A DNA stretch of 64,000 nucleotides from a virus (IMGVR_UViG_3300046096_000174:8024-72023), one strand, 5' to 3'; shown: positions 28,173-37,744, counted from the first letter of the stretch. The notes: a model not told the origin generated them from the sequence alone. Numbers and translations: made by a program.

Positions 28173-28760
28173 TTACTCCTTAGATTGTTGACCTGCTTCA
28201 AAAGCAACCTGCATCATATCACAAACTTGCTTGAATTTTTCTTCATCATTAGCACAAACTTTGTAAAGAATTTCTGTAAGCAATGGAAGTGCTACACTGT
28301 TAGGGCCGATTGTAGATGATTTAGCTACAAGCATCCACTCAGAGAATGCATCAAGTTGGTGGTCTTCGGTGCCCTCTACTGAACGCCATTCTAACTCATC
28401 TGCAAACAACTGCTCAAGATAAGTACCATGAATGTGATACTGAGTATCAAGTATAGCACGAATATGGTCAGAGGTCATGTCGGCTAAGGCCATAATTTTG
28501 CCCTCAGGAAACTCACCATCTTTACCATAAGATTTCCAAGTTACAACTTGGCGCTTAACCTCGTGAGGGGCATCCATAGTGAGTGACAACTCGGTAGCTG
28601 GAACTGTATTTACGCTACGGCGTTGATAGTCCTTACCACCATCATTGATGTATAACTCACCAGATACGGCGTCCAAGTGTTCTACGTAATCATGACGATG
28701 ACGACTATGCAGGACTGTACCATCAGGAGTACGAATAGCGTTATAAATAAGTTGTGACAT
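28173..28760 (-). CDS. Hypothetical protein
   Basis: ORF. No motif recognised. Confidence 0.4.
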   Translation of the reverse strand: MSQLIYNAIRTPDGTVLHSRHRHDYVEHLDAVSGELYINDGGKDYQRRSVNTVPATELSLTMDAPHEVKRQVVTWKSYGKDGEFPEGKIMALADMTSDHIRAILDTQYHIHGTYLEQLFADELEWRSVEGTEDHQLDAFSEWMLVAKSSTIGPNSVALPLLTEILYKVCANDEEKFKQVCDMMQVAFEAGQQSKE

Positions 28761-28761
28761 A

Positions 28762-29067
28762 TTACTTCTTTACGCAGAGTTCGTTGTAGTGCTTAACATC
28801 GGCAACTAGTAAGTCATAGTGCTGATTGTAGTTGTGAATTAGAGCTGCAAGCAATGCTTCACGGTTTGGAAATAGCGTGGTTTCTTGACCCGGGATTCTC
28901 TTGCCAGCCTTGTAGCCTTCTAATTCTTTCTGTGTCTCAACCAAACTTGCATTGGTAGCAACTAGAGTTTCACGAGTACCTTCATTACAAGTCATGGATT
29001 TATCCAAAGAGGCACAACCAGTAAGCAAGGCAACCAAGGCTGCAACAAATAGTGTTTTCATTTTCAT
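28762..29067 (-). CDS. Lipoprotein
   Basis: Signal peptide MKMKTLFVAALVALLTGCAS with lipobox L-T-G-C. Confidence 0.5.
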   Translation of the reverse strand: MKMKTLFVAALVALLTGCASLDKSMTCNEGTRETLVATNASLVETQKELEGYKAGKRIPGQETTLFPNREALLAALIHNYNQHYDLLVADVKHYNELCVKK

Positions 29068-29090
29068 ATTAATTCCTTTATGTAGAAATA

Positions 29091-29104
29091 GGGGCCGAAG
29101 CCCC
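29091..29104 (-). other. Intercistronic cUUCGg tetraloop hairpin
   Basis: Same GGGGCCGAAGCCCC element as at 15471. Confidence 0.4.
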
Positions 29105-29109
29105 TAGGT

Positions 29110-29511
29110 TTAAACCTCAAGTTCTGCGATTTTCTTCTGCAGCTCTTCAGCAGACAAACTCAACAAATCTTGGTCTTTCTTCTGGTCTAAGATTTCAACC
29201 AAACGATTTTTCTCAGCCTTACGAGCAGAAGCTTTAGCAGCGTCAGCAACTTCAGTCAACTTAACCTGAATGATATGCTTCAAGATATCTAATGATAACT
29301 CAAAACGGTCTTTCAGAGGGTTAACTCGAACAGTAACGAAGCTGTCTTCTGTAGCTGCCTTGAGACTTTGGTTAATCTCACGAGCAACAGTATCCAAGTC
29401 GAAACCACCACGAGAGGTCAAAGGTAGGTCCCACAGCTGTTCAACAGACAGGTCACCACGGTTAGATGGAAAACGTAATTTTGTACGCACGGCTTTTTCA
29501 AACATATTCAA
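29110..29511 (-). CDS. Hypothetical protein with a C-terminal coiled-coil
   Basis: ORF. Confidence 0.4.
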   Translation of the reverse strand: MNMFEKAVRTKLRFPSNRGDLSVEQLWDLPLTSRGGFDLDTVAREINQSLKAATEDSFVTVRVNPLKDRFELSLDILKHIIQVKLTEVADAAKASARKAEKNRLVEILDQKKDQDLLSLSAEELQKKIAELEV

Positions 29512-29517
29512 ACTCCT

Positions 29518-31509
29518 TTAAATAGCTACGCTATAAACTTTGTTAATCTTAGGACCAGTAACCCGAACAGTCACTTTATCCCCACGGGTAGATGATACAC
29601 CAATTCCGCTGAGTTGGTCATCTGTTGGCTGACATTTTGTTTTATCACCAAGAATTTCGAACACCTTGCGGTGCTTCTCTAAACCTGAGTTCAAAAACTC
29701 GTTGTAAATGCCGCGAGTTGGGTCATCATTCTGGCAGGATTCTAGCACAAAGAACCAATGTTTGTTACCTACTTGATTGTCATCCCAATGATTAGGGCTT
29801 AACATCAATGTATTTACCTTCGCAAACTTCTCAGTAGCGATACCCCACTTCTCTTGGCTAATGCTGCCACCAGTTAAACCACTACCAACCTTGATATCAG
29901 CAATGATACCATCTTTCATAGTAATGCTCAACGCAGGGATACAACCCTTAGCTGCCTTAGTGTAAGAGAACTGGTCAATGCGCCCTTGGTTCTCAACTTC
30001 CACAGTAAAGCCTACATCAGTAGTCTCACGCTGGCTGTACTGGTTAATTTCTACTCGGTAAACGCCATCAGGTACTGAAGTGTAACTCACGTTCTCTACA
30101 GGCTCTCGTGTACGACCACCACCAGCATTCATATCTACGTCAAGCTTATTAGCTTTATTACCGAAGTAGATGCGATTACCGTTAGGCTCGTATACATGGA
30201 TATCCAAATCATCGAAGTTGTGCCAAGCTAGGCTAATGCGAAGTTTAGCGGTGGTGACGTTACCGCCAGCCTTCTTAACCTTCTCTTTGATTGAATCGGT
30301 AATGTTACCATCATAGGACCAACCAAAATCATTATTCCACTTGAATAGTTTGCCTGAGTTCTCATGCACTGGTGCAGTCAAGCTCATGAAGTTGGCTTGC
30401 AGTGGATTAGCTACAAACAATTCCATACCAGTAGCCTTAGGCACAACATTCTGCATGAATTCTTCGATAGTGATTTCCTCGGCCTTATCAGTCTTGGTAG
30501 TCTTTACAGCAACAGAACCCAACAACAGACCTTCAATACCGTCTTTCATTTGGTTTTGAACTGCACCATCTACCCACAGTACATTATTCACGCTTACGTC
30601 TGAAATCTTGGCAAAGCGGCGCTGTAAAGCAGCCTCAAGGTCTAATTCCTTGATAGTAGCCATAGCATCAGCAATCATACGAGGTGTAATCAATGCAGTA
30701 GGACGCTTGTAGTTTGTAGGTGCTACCTTGCTCTCGAAAGAACGAACAGCAGCCTCTAAATCTACTCCAGAAGAGAGGTCTTGAATCAACGTACCAATAA
30801 CCGTATTACGGAAACGAGCAGCAGGAGTGTTCAAGTTAGACCATACAAAGATTTCACGCTCGGTAGCGGTCTTCAACTTAGCATATTGCTTCTGCAGGGT
30901 TTGGAATGCTTTGATAGAGGCTTTGAATTCCTCGCCACGATACAGTGACTTGCTATCAATCAGGTCCAGCACATCAGCAAAAGCACCAGCTGTGAGTTCT
31001 TCCAAGCCGCGCTTAAGCACTTGACCAGTTGTATTGAGGTTACCCAACACAGTACCAACATCTTTGGTGAAGTGCATGTCAGCTACTTTACCGTGAAAGT
31101 GATTCCAACGCTTAGTAGAACCGTCAGCAAGCATTTGAACAGTTGAGGCTGCACCGTAAGAGCGTTCACTTGTACGGAACACGCCAACAATGCTACGGGC
31201 CTTAACAAAGGCATCCATGCTTGCAGCTACTACATCGTAAGGGTACTCCAAACCTTTGGCTTCCCAAACTGTTTTAACCTTACCACCTTCGATAGATACG
31301 GTCTTACCTAGGTTACGGATAAAGTTCTTGCAGCATGAACAATCATGCTCTGTGCGTTCTTTGTATGTAGGGTTAGAACCCTCTGGAAAAGAAGCAAGAT
31401 AGTTTGACCAAATTGCATCATCTTCGTCATTTACAACAAAGAGTTCACCCTTGGACATTTTTTCGAAGTTAGCTTGAACAGCTGTGCCGAATGGTTTGAA
31501 GTCTGACAT
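29518..31509 (-). CDS. Large hypothetical protein (663 aa), orphan
   Basis: Long ORF in operon context. Features HDCSCCKNF and a Gly/Asn-rich beta region. No family recognised. Confidence 0.5.
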   Translation of the reverse strand: MSDFKPFGTAVQANFEKMSKGELFVVNDEDDAIWSNYLASFPEGSNPTYKERTEHDCSCCKNFIRNLGKTVSIEGGKVKTVWEAKGLEYPYDVVAASMDAFVKARSIVGVFRTSERSYGAASTVQMLADGSTKRWNHFHGKVADMHFTKDVGTVLGNLNTTGQVLKRGLEELTAGAFADVLDLIDSKSLYRGEEFKASIKAFQTLQKQYAKLKTATEREIFVWSNLNTPAARFRNTVIGTLIQDLSSGVDLEAAVRSFESKVAPTNYKRPTALITPRMIADAMATIKELDLEAALQRRFAKISDVSVNNVLWVDGAVQNQMKDGIEGLLLGSVAVKTTKTDKAEEITIEEFMQNVVPKATGMELFVANPLQANFMSLTAPVHENSGKLFKWNNDFGWSYDGNITDSIKEKVKKAGGNVTTAKLRISLAWHNFDDLDIHVYEPNGNRIYFGNKANKLDVDMNAGGGRTREPVENVSYTSVPDGVYRVEINQYSQRETTDVGFTVEVENQGRIDQFSYTKAAKGCIPALSITMKDGIIADIKVGSGLTGGSISQEKWGIATEKFAKVNTLMLSPNHWDDNQVGNKHWFFVLESCQNDDPTRGIYNEFLNSGLEKHRKVFEILGDKTKCQPTDDQLSGIGVSSTRGDKVTVRVTGPKINKVYSVAI

Positions 31510-31559
31510 TTAAATTCCTTTAATCAGTTGTTACGATGCGTGAAGTATATCACAAAGTT

Positions 31560-31575
31560 AAGGGCCGAAGCCCTT
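31560..31575 (-). other. Intercistronic UUCG hairpin (AAGGGC-UUCG-GCCCUU)
   Basis: Third copy of the hairpin family. Confidence 0.4.
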
Positions 31576-31583
31576 ATTTGAAA

Positions 31584-32381
31584 TTATTTTGTGTTCACGA
31601 TACCTTTGAAGTCCATAGGTACAACGATGGTGTTAACTTTACCTTCGCGGATACCTTCGGCAATCTTCATTTGAGCTTGAGCATTCATGTAAGCAATAGA
31701 TTGACCAGAGTTAGAGGACAAAGCAGCCATACGCTCTGATTCTTTCTTAGCGATTTCCACTTCAGTTTGCTTAATCTTAAGTTCATTTTGAGCGCGAACA
31801 TATTCAGTTGCAGACTTTAAGATATCAGCATTGGGTAGAATACTACGAATTTGCACAACAGTAACACTCATAGATGTATCCAACTTTTCAGCCTTCAATG
31901 TTTCAGAGACTACTGCTAAGATTTCATCTTCCATCTTTTTACGGTTATCTGCAGCTTCTAGCGACTTATAGTTACGAACAACCTTATATGCTGCGTTATT
32001 AACGATTGTAGTCATGTAGTTTTGCATCAAATACGTATCACCTTTATACTCAATATGAAAGCTCTTAGACTTAGTTGAATACAATTCAGCAACAGCTGTA
32101 GGGTTAACAGCATAGACCACTGTGATATCAAAATCCTGCAAAGGACTATTATCAGAAGTCATTGGTGTTTTATTATCAATAGCTACGACAATATCTTTGA
32201 CAGGGAAAGTCAAGATAGAACCAATGACTGTTTGATATAAACCACCAGCAGGTAGTTCATTACCCTCAATTTGTTTAGATGCGTTTATACGCACACCAAC
32301 TTCTCCAGTTTCAATACGAGTGCAGCCAGCACCCATAACTGTAATGAAGAACGCCAAGATAAAGCCAATAATATAGTTCAT
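31584..32381 (-). CDS. SPFH/band-7 (stomatin-prohibitin-HflK/C) family membrane protein
   Basis: N-terminal TM helix followed by the SPFH core (TGEVGVRIN...), then a coiled-coil and a C-terminal tail. Confidence 0.6.
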   Translation of the reverse strand: MNYIIGFILAFFITVMGAGCTRIETGEVGVRINASKQIEGNELPAGGLYQTVIGSILTFPVKDIVVAIDNKTPMTSDNSPLQDFDITVVYAVNPTAVAELYSTKSKSFHIEYKGDTYLMQNYMTTIVNNAAYKVVRNYKSLEAADNRKKMEDEILAVVSETLKAEKLDTSMSVTVVQIRSILPNADILKSATEYVRAQNELKIKQTEVEIAKKESERMAALSSNSGQSIAYMNAQAQMKIAEGIREGKVNTIVVPMDFKGIVNTK

Positions 32382-32395
32382 GTAAACTCCTTTAG

Positions 32396-32548
32396 TTAGA
32401 ACAAAATAACGATGCTAGTCAGGATGACTGCAGCAATGATACCACAACCTACGACACTAATAAAAATTTTCATAAATTTAATTTTGTCGTTGATACTTGA
32501 AGTAGCTGCCCAACGAATGAACATACCTACAGCAAGCATTGTAATCAT
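32396..32548 (-). CDS. Possible 50-aa hydrophobic peptide (or 25-aa from the internal ATG at 32473)
   Basis: Open frame MITMLAVGMF...KIFISVVGCGIIAAVILTSIVILF. Not in the track (<60 aa). Confidence 0.25.
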   Translation of the reverse strand: MITMLAVGMFIRWAATSSINDKIKFMKIFISVVGCGIIAAVILTSIVILF

Positions 32549-32564
32549 GAAGGCTAGAAGTATC

Positions 32565-32870
32565 TTAATCAAGGCTATCTACTCCAAAAGTAGGTTGGAA
32601 CATCCCCATAATCTCTACGGTTGCTTGCTTGTAGATAGTGTTACGGGTTTCAAAACCACCTTCGAACTTATGAAGTACAGTGCTAGTACGTACATTGTGA
32701 CATGTGCCAAGACGAGGGTGGTTAAAGATAAAATTGAGACTAGCAACTTCATCAATACCATTGTGCCAAATCCAAAAGTGAGGTTCACCTAGATAGTAAA
32801 CCTCTGGTTTATTTTGGCTACCATCTGTAACACCTGACGCTACAGAAAGCTGATTGTATGGGTCATTCAT
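32565..32870 (-). CDS. Hypothetical protein (start at the Met with RBS AAAGGAG), first gene of the minus-strand early operon
   Basis: RBS and ATG at 32870. Confidence 0.4.
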   Translation of the reverse strand: MNDPYNQLSVASGVTDGSQNKPEVYYLGEPHFWIWHNGIDEVASLNFIFNHPRLGTCHNVRTSTVLHKFEGGFETRNTIYKQATVEIMGMFQPTFGVDSLD

Positions 32871-32898
32871 AGATTTCTCCTTTAACATTGAAAACCGC

Positions 32899-32915
32899 AG
32901 TGTAACATAGATTTT
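32899..32915 (-). promoter_or_regulatory. Conserved early promoter motif AAAATCTATG-T-TACACT (extended -10), minus strand
   Basis: Member of a four-copy motif family (see findings). Lies about 25 nt upstream of the 32870 start. Confidence 0.35.
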
Positions 32916-32947
32916 GTTAGGTGCATGAAAAATGTTATAAATATTTG

Positions 32948-32976
32948 TTGCAAAGATGAAAAAGCTGTGCTATAGT
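32948..32976 (+). promoter_or_regulatory. Sigma70-type promoter: -35 TTGCAA, 17-bp spacer, extended -10 TGcTATAGT
   Basis: Divergent region between the minus and plus blocks. About 30 nt upstream of the 33006 ATG. Confidence 0.5.
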
Positions 32977-33005
32977 CGAGGCTTCAACAACTTAAAGGAG
33001 CTTAA

Positions 33006-33440
33006 ATGCAACCAGAATTCGAAATCTTGGCTAACCGTATGGGTCTTGGCGAAGAAGAGCGCAGCCTAGCTGAAATCGTTTGGAAACAGTGCGAGAAGAC
33101 TATGACAGGTAAAGGTGGACTTAAGGCCGCATTGTTCGGTGGTGAAGTAGTCAACTTCGAACCTCGCAGCACTGTTATCTTACACAACATTGAAACACTT
33201 ACTCGTGAAGAGATTGATTTCATGGTGTGGTTGAACCGCAACACATTAAACGGTATCGAGGAAATGAAGATGTTTCTCAAACGTAATATTGATTTGGAGT
33301 GGACCCGCGCTAATCCAGATGACCCAATGACGCAAGGTAACTTCGAAATGATGAACAACATGAAAGACATGTCACGTAAACTTAAACGTCAAACAAAGAT
33401 GCTATCATCTATCCAACGTAAACTCAAGAAGGCTCATTAA
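33006..33440 (+). CDS. Hypothetical protein
   Basis: RBS AAAGGAG. ORF. Confidence 0.45.
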   Translation: MQPEFEILANRMGLGEEERSLAEIVWKQCEKTMTGKGGLKAALFGGEVVNFEPRSTVILHNIETLTREEIDFMVWLNRNTLNGIEEMKMFLKRNIDLEWTRANPDDPMTQGNFEMMNNMKDMSRKLKRQTKMLSSIQRKLKKAH

Positions 33441-33787
33441 TGTCTGTTAGGAAACGCTACACTATTGTTGCTACGTGCTTTGACCGTAAAGGTAAGGTAC
33501 TTGGCACTGGTGCAAATAACTACAACAAGTCACATCCTTTGATGCAGCACTTTGCAGTTAAAGCTGGAGAGTCCGATGAAAAGATTTATCAACATGCAGA
33601 GCTAAACGCTGTGCTACAATCTGGACGTAAAGATATCCATAGCATCCTAGTGCAGCGTTTCCACGACAACGGTGATATGGCTATCGCTAAACCGTGCCCA
33701 ACTTGTCAAGCTATGCTGAAAGGTTTTGGTGTTAAGCTTGTGCGTTATACAACTGAAGAAGGAGTTAAAGAATATGAAATTTTATAA
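33440..33787 (+). CDS. Hypothetical protein (CPTCQ Cys pair)
   Basis: ORF coupled by ATGA overlap. Confidence 0.4.
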   Translation: MSVRKRYTIVATCFDRKGKVLGTGANNYNKSHPLMQHFAVKAGESDEKIYQHAELNAVLQSGRKDIHSILVQRFHDNGDMAIAKPCPTCQAMLKGFGVKLVRYTTEEGVKEYEIL

Positions 33788-34028
33788 TCCGTTTAAGCCA
33801 CACATTGTGGAACACGCTAATGGTAAGTTTGCTGTACGCAAACGCTGCTTTTGGGGTTGGGAGTACAAGGACAAAAAGTGCTTCGTAAGCACTTACAGTA
33901 ATGATATTGCATGGTGGAACCTTGATAGTATCAAGTATTGTTATGTTGATAGCTATGATGCTGCTGTAAAGGTAATGGATAGCCGCTATACTAACGAGCA
34001 TGAAGTTATTCGTATCTATCATGTTTAA
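33774..34028 (+). CDS. Hypothetical protein, tandem paralogue A (YNPFKPHIVEHANGKFAVRKR...)
   Basis: RBS GAAGGAG before the ATG at 33774. Paralogous to the next gene. Confidence 0.4.
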   Translation: MKFYNPFKPHIVEHANGKFAVRKRCFWGWEYKDKKCFVSTYSNDIAWWNLDSIKYCYVDSYDAAVKVMDSRYTNEHEVIRIYHV

Positions 34029-34290
34029 GTACAATATTTTCAAACCTCACATCGTAAAGTTTGCCGATGGTAATTATGCTGTGCGTAAGCGTGGTTGGTG
34101 CGGTTTACTGTGGGTCTACAAGGATAGAAGCGCATGGCTTGGAGGCTTCTTTGAAAGTATTATGTGGTGGGATATCGGTCACATTGACCACTGCAAGGTA
34201 AGCACTTTTGACAAAGCCTTAGAGGTTAAACAAATGGAAGCACCTAATAATAAAAAACCTAATGAGATTGTGGAAGTTTACTATGGCTAA
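34021..34290 (+). CDS. Hypothetical protein, tandem paralogue B (YNIFKPHIVKFADGNYAVRKR...)
   Basis: ATGTTTAA overlap with the previous gene. Confidence 0.4.
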   Translation: MFKYNIFKPHIVKFADGNYAVRKRGWCGLLWVYKDRSAWLGGFFESIMWWDIGHIDHCKVSTFDKALEVKQMEAPNNKKPNEIVEVYYG

Positions 34291-34735
34291 TCAAAAAGAA
34301 CTTGACAGTGTGTACATGCAGACTGCATTAACTCATGCAATGCTATCTAAAGCGAAGAGAGCACAGGTAGGGGCCGTTTTAGTCACTGGTCATGGGGTAA
34401 CCCTCACTGGTTATAATGGCACTGCTAGAGGTCGTGATAATCGCTGTGAGGCATTAGAACCACAACCGTTTCCACATGAGTCAATACTAGTCACAAAACC
34501 AGAAGTAATTCACGCTGAATTAAACTGCATCTTAAAAGCTGCTCGTGAAGGTGTAAGCTGCATTGATTCAACAGTGTACGTTACCCTTGCACCGTGTATT
34601 CAGTGCAGTGCTATGATGGTTCAAGCTGGCGTAAGGCGACTAGTCTATAAGACACCTTATCGTGATGCATCTGGACTAGCGCTGCTTGAAGGCTCTGGTG
34701 TACGCATTCAACAGTACAGCGAGACACAATTATGA
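34283..34735 (+). CDS. dCMP deaminase (cytidine/deoxycytidylate deaminase family)
   Basis: Zinc-binding motifs HAELNCI (H-A-E) and PCIQCSAMM (PCxxC). Confidence 0.7.
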   Translation: MANQKELDSVYMQTALTHAMLSKAKRAQVGAVLVTGHGVTLTGYNGTARGRDNRCEALEPQPFPHESILVTKPEVIHAELNCILKAAREGVSCIDSTVYVTLAPCIQCSAMMVQAGVRRLVYKTPYRDASGLALLEGSGVRIQQYSETQL

Positions 34736-34941
34736 TTAAATGGCTAGGCACAATAACCTACCTAATTGGTATGGTATTAACTGCGTTCAACATTTTTCCG
34801 TTAAACTTGGTCTTCAGTGCAATCGGTGGTACACTTTGGTGCATCGCTGGCTTTATTGCTAAAGACAAACCTCTAATCATCGTAGAGATGGCTTCGGCTA
34901 TGATATACTTGATTGGACTAATCCATTGGAGTGTAAAATGA
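34732..34941 (+). CDS. Small two-TM membrane protein
   Basis: Hydrophobic helices. Confidence 0.35.
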   Translation: MIKWLGTITYLIGMVLTAFNIFPLNLVFSAIGGTLWCIAGFIAKDKPLIIVEMASAMIYLIGLIHWSVK

Positions 34942-35092
34942 GTAATCTATGGTTTAATATTCGCTTTGGCACAAGGCATTTTCAATTAAGTAGAGATTGG
35001 GAAATTACGTTCCGTGTTAATCCATACTTCATTGAAAATCCTCCTAAGCGGTACTTTGATATTTATTGCCTATTTGGAAGGCAGGTAGGGTT

Positions 35093-35353
35093 ATGAACAA
35101 AAAATTACAAGCTTTAGCGAAGGAAGCTGGCATCAGTGTCTTATATGAGTATGATGGCTACGATGGTCATGCGGCTGTATGTAATCTAACTGACATTGAG
35201 AAATTTGCCAGTTTAATTATTCGTCAGTGTATGACACAAATCTCTAAACAAAGCGACAAAGATGGTAGTTGGGATGATTGGGACATGGGTTATAACTCTG
35301 GAATTAGAACTGCAAGTGAAACTATCAGTAAATATTTCGGAGTAGATAAATGA
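35093..35353 (+). CDS. Hypothetical protein
   Basis: Start at the Met with an upstream GGG. ORF. Confidence 0.35.
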   Translation: MNKKLQALAKEAGISVLYEYDGYDGHAAVCNLTDIEKFASLIIRQCMTQISKQSDKDGSWDDWDMGYNSGIRTASETISKYFGVDK

Positions 35354-35574
35354 CTAAAAAGAAACCAACTAAAAAGTTTAATTACGCTGTAGGGTTCTAT
35401 TGGGAGGGTGATAGCGGCTCAGTAGGTTGCTACGCTTACGGCAGTGAACACTTTTACGGTACAATGGAAGACGCACAAGGGTTTCTAAAGTACGTACAAC
35501 GCCAGCAAGAAGATAAAAAGAAAAGCGAACGTAAGGAGTACAAGATTTTTCAACTTGTGGAGGTTCCAGTATGA
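35350..35574 (+). CDS. Hypothetical protein
   Basis: ATGA overlap chain. Confidence 0.35.
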   Translation: MTKKKPTKKFNYAVGFYWEGDSGSVGCYAYGSEHFYGTMEDAQGFLKYVQRQQEDKKKSERKEYKIFQLVEVPV

Positions 35575-35777
35575 GCTGGAATAACGTGTTACCCTACTGC
35601 TACTATAACCTAATACACGAGCACGACTTAGCCTCTATGTCTTGTGCATTTGAAGAGGAATGGTTCTCTGGTACATCTAAGGTACTGTCAAAAGCTGCTA
35701 TTTCACATGCAAAGGCTACGTTCAAAACATGGGATGAAGGTGGATGGAACTATGAAATGCAAAAGGAGTTTGGATGA
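35571..35777 (+). CDS. Hypothetical protein
   Basis: ATGA overlap chain. Confidence 0.35.
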   Translation: MSWNNVLPYCYYNLIHEHDLASMSCAFEEEWFSGTSKVLSKAAISHAKATFKTWDEGGWNYEMQKEFG

Positions 35778-35941
35778 AACCTAAACATTGTAAAGATTGT
35801 CTATCATTCGTAAGCCATAAGAATAAAAAGAACTTGACGGAAGCTCAAAAGCGTTATGATAACTGGTGTTGTGCTAAAGGTAAACCTGCTATCAAAAGTA
35901 TTGCACTATGTATTACACATAACATGAAGAGGGTTAAATGA
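35774..35941 (+). CDS. 55-aa Cys-rich mini-protein (CKDC...WCC...C), not in track
   Basis: ATGA overlap with both neighbours. Open 56 codons. Confidence 0.3.
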   Translation: MKPKHCKDCLSFVSHKNKKNLTEAQKRYDNWCCAKGKPAIKSIALCITHNMKRVK

Positions 35942-36117
35942 GCCAAGGTCATAACTTTAATCGTACACTAAATGCTAAGGGTATGTTCATTTACTGCGGA
36001 AAGTGTGGTTTAATACGTCTAGGTAATCGTGTAACCGAAAAGGCTATCAACAAACCTTGTGGTGGTGTACGCGATTTAGATGACGATGAATACTTAAAAC
36101 TGAAAGGTAAGAAATGA
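35938..36117 (+). CDS. 59-aa zinc-ribbon mini-protein (CGKCG...CGG), not in track
   Basis: ATGA overlaps. Open 60 codons. Confidence 0.3.
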   Translation: MSQGHNFNRTLNAKGMFIYCGKCGLIRLGNRVTEKAINKPCGGVRDLDDDEYLKLKGKK

Positions 36118-36512
36118 AACCAATACTATATCTAATCCGTGGCGTAAGTGGCGCTGGTAAAAGTACGTTTGCTCAACGCCTATGGGAAGCTGGTGTTGTA
36201 GAGCGAGTATTTGAAGCTGACGATTGGTTTTATACTGATGGTGAGTATAAGTTCGAGCCTTCAGGTTTGAGGGCTGCACATAACGCATGCCAAGAGAACA
36301 CAAGATTTTGCTTACAGCAAGGCAAGTCTGTGGCTGTAGCTAATACGTCTACAACAGAGTTTGAAGTTCTGGTGTATCGTCACATTGCCGAAGAATGCAA
36401 TGCACATCTTATCAGTGTGATTGTTGAAAATCGCCATGATGGTGTTAACATCCACGGTGTACCAGAAGAGAAACTTAAACAGATGAAGGAGCGTTTTAGT
36501 GTTAAGCTTTGA
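36114..36512 (+). CDS. P-loop kinase (polynucleotide kinase / nucleotide kinase-like)
   Basis: Walker A GVSGAGKST at the N-terminus. 132 aa, minimal kinase domain. Confidence 0.55.
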   Translation: MKPILYLIRGVSGAGKSTFAQRLWEAGVVERVFEADDWFYTDGEYKFEPSGLRAAHNACQENTRFCLQQGKSVAVANTSTTEFEVLVYRHIAEECNAHLISVIVENRHDGVNIHGVPEEKLKQMKERFSVKL

Positions 36513-37365
36513 CCAACAAATGAACTTAGTGAACCGTGGGTTAGCTATCATGAAGAATGACGGTAAATTCACTACGTTTAAATACCACCGCCGAGCTATG
36601 TACGAATATCTGTGGTTCAATGAATATGACCTTCACGAATGTCGTGGGCATGTCTATGATTCAGCAACTAAAGAGTTAGTACAAGCAGCACCACGCAAGT
36701 CTTTCAATTATAAAGAGAATGACCTATGGTGGGCCGCTACAGATTTAGATACACGAGTAGAAGTGTATAAGAAAGTCAATGGCTACATGGCATGTGCTAC
36801 GTTGCACAATGGTGAATTAGTGGTATCAACTACTGGCTCAACTACTTCTGAATATGCTCAGTGGGCTAAGGAGTTAATTGTCAAAGATTATGCACTATAT
36901 GACATGATTATTGACAAGGACGCTACTGTGCTATTTGAAGTCGTAGTACCGCAAGACCCTCATATTGTTGAAGAACGTATGGGTTTACACTTGTTAGGTA
37001 TCCGTGAAAAAGCTAGTGGTAAGTTCCATCCATCAGGTCGTGCTGGTCTTATGACTTTAGCAGAAGCTATTGCATTGGCTGAAACAGACCGAGGTGAAGG
37101 CTTTATGGTTTATCGTGCAGATTGTGCAGAGAAAACCGCACCATGCAAGTTAAAGACACCTTACTATGTTGGTAAGAAGAAACTAATGCGTATGTCAGCT
37201 AAGAATGTAAGTGCTATGTATGATAATGGCTTTCAGATTGCAAATACATTACCAGATATGTGGTACGATGTACCTAGAGTTATTGTACAAACCTATACCA
37301 AAGAAGATTGGTTAAGTTTCAATGACCAACAACGCCGAGTATTTTTAGAAGCTTTGAAAGGTTAA
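36499..37365 (+). CDS. ATP-dependent RNA ligase-like nucleotidyltransferase
   Basis: Motif I KVNGYMA, motif IV GEGFMVYR and motif V KLKTPYY. Adjacent to the P-loop kinase. Confidence 0.5.
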   Translation: MLSFDQQMNLVNRGLAIMKNDGKFTTFKYHRRAMYEYLWFNEYDLHECRGHVYDSATKELVQAAPRKSFNYKENDLWWAATDLDTRVEVYKKVNGYMACATLHNGELVVSTTGSTTSEYAQWAKELIVKDYALYDMIIDKDATVLFEVVVPQDPHIVEERMGLHLLGIREKASGKFHPSGRAGLMTLAEAIALAETDRGEGFMVYRADCAEKTAPCKLKTPYYVGKKKLMRMSAKNVSAMYDNGFQIANTLPDMWYDVPRVIVQTYTKEDWLSFNDQQRRVFLEALKG

Positions 37366-37366
37366 T

Positions 37367-37744
37367 ATGTACCTATGCATTTTCCCGCAGAACCTGTATC
37401 TTGAACATGTTGTAATCAAGGACAATAAGCTGGTAGCTGGTTGGGTAGTCAATGGTGCATGGTGGTGGGTATTAAATGACCAACGAGAAGAAGCTTATTA
37501 TTCTAAAGATAATCCTGTATTGGTTAACTCATGGAATCATCGAGAGTTTGAAAAGATTGTACATGTGCCTTGGGATAAGGCTACATTCGACTACAATGCT
37601 GTACTTCAGTGGGCTGAAGAGCAGGAAGGTTTTGTAATTGAAGAAAATTCTTTAGCTGATTTATTAGACCTAGATGCGCTAGATGAAATAAATCTAAAGA
37701 AACTATACCATGATGAAGACTATGATGACAGATTTGTATTTTAA
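37367..37744 (+). CDS. Hypothetical acidic protein
   Basis: ORF. Confidence 0.35.
   Translation: MYLCIFPQNLYLEHVVIKDNKLVAGWVVNGAWWWVLNDQREEAYYSKDNPVLVNSWNHREFEKIVHVPWDKATFDYNAVLQWAEEQEGFVIEENSLADLLDLDALDEINLKKLYHDEDYDDRFVF

Noticed and set aside
32412-32792. Plus-strand track ORF 32412..32792
   Set aside because: Antisense to the minus-strand gene 32565..32870 and to the small hydrophobic peptide. No promoter or RBS.
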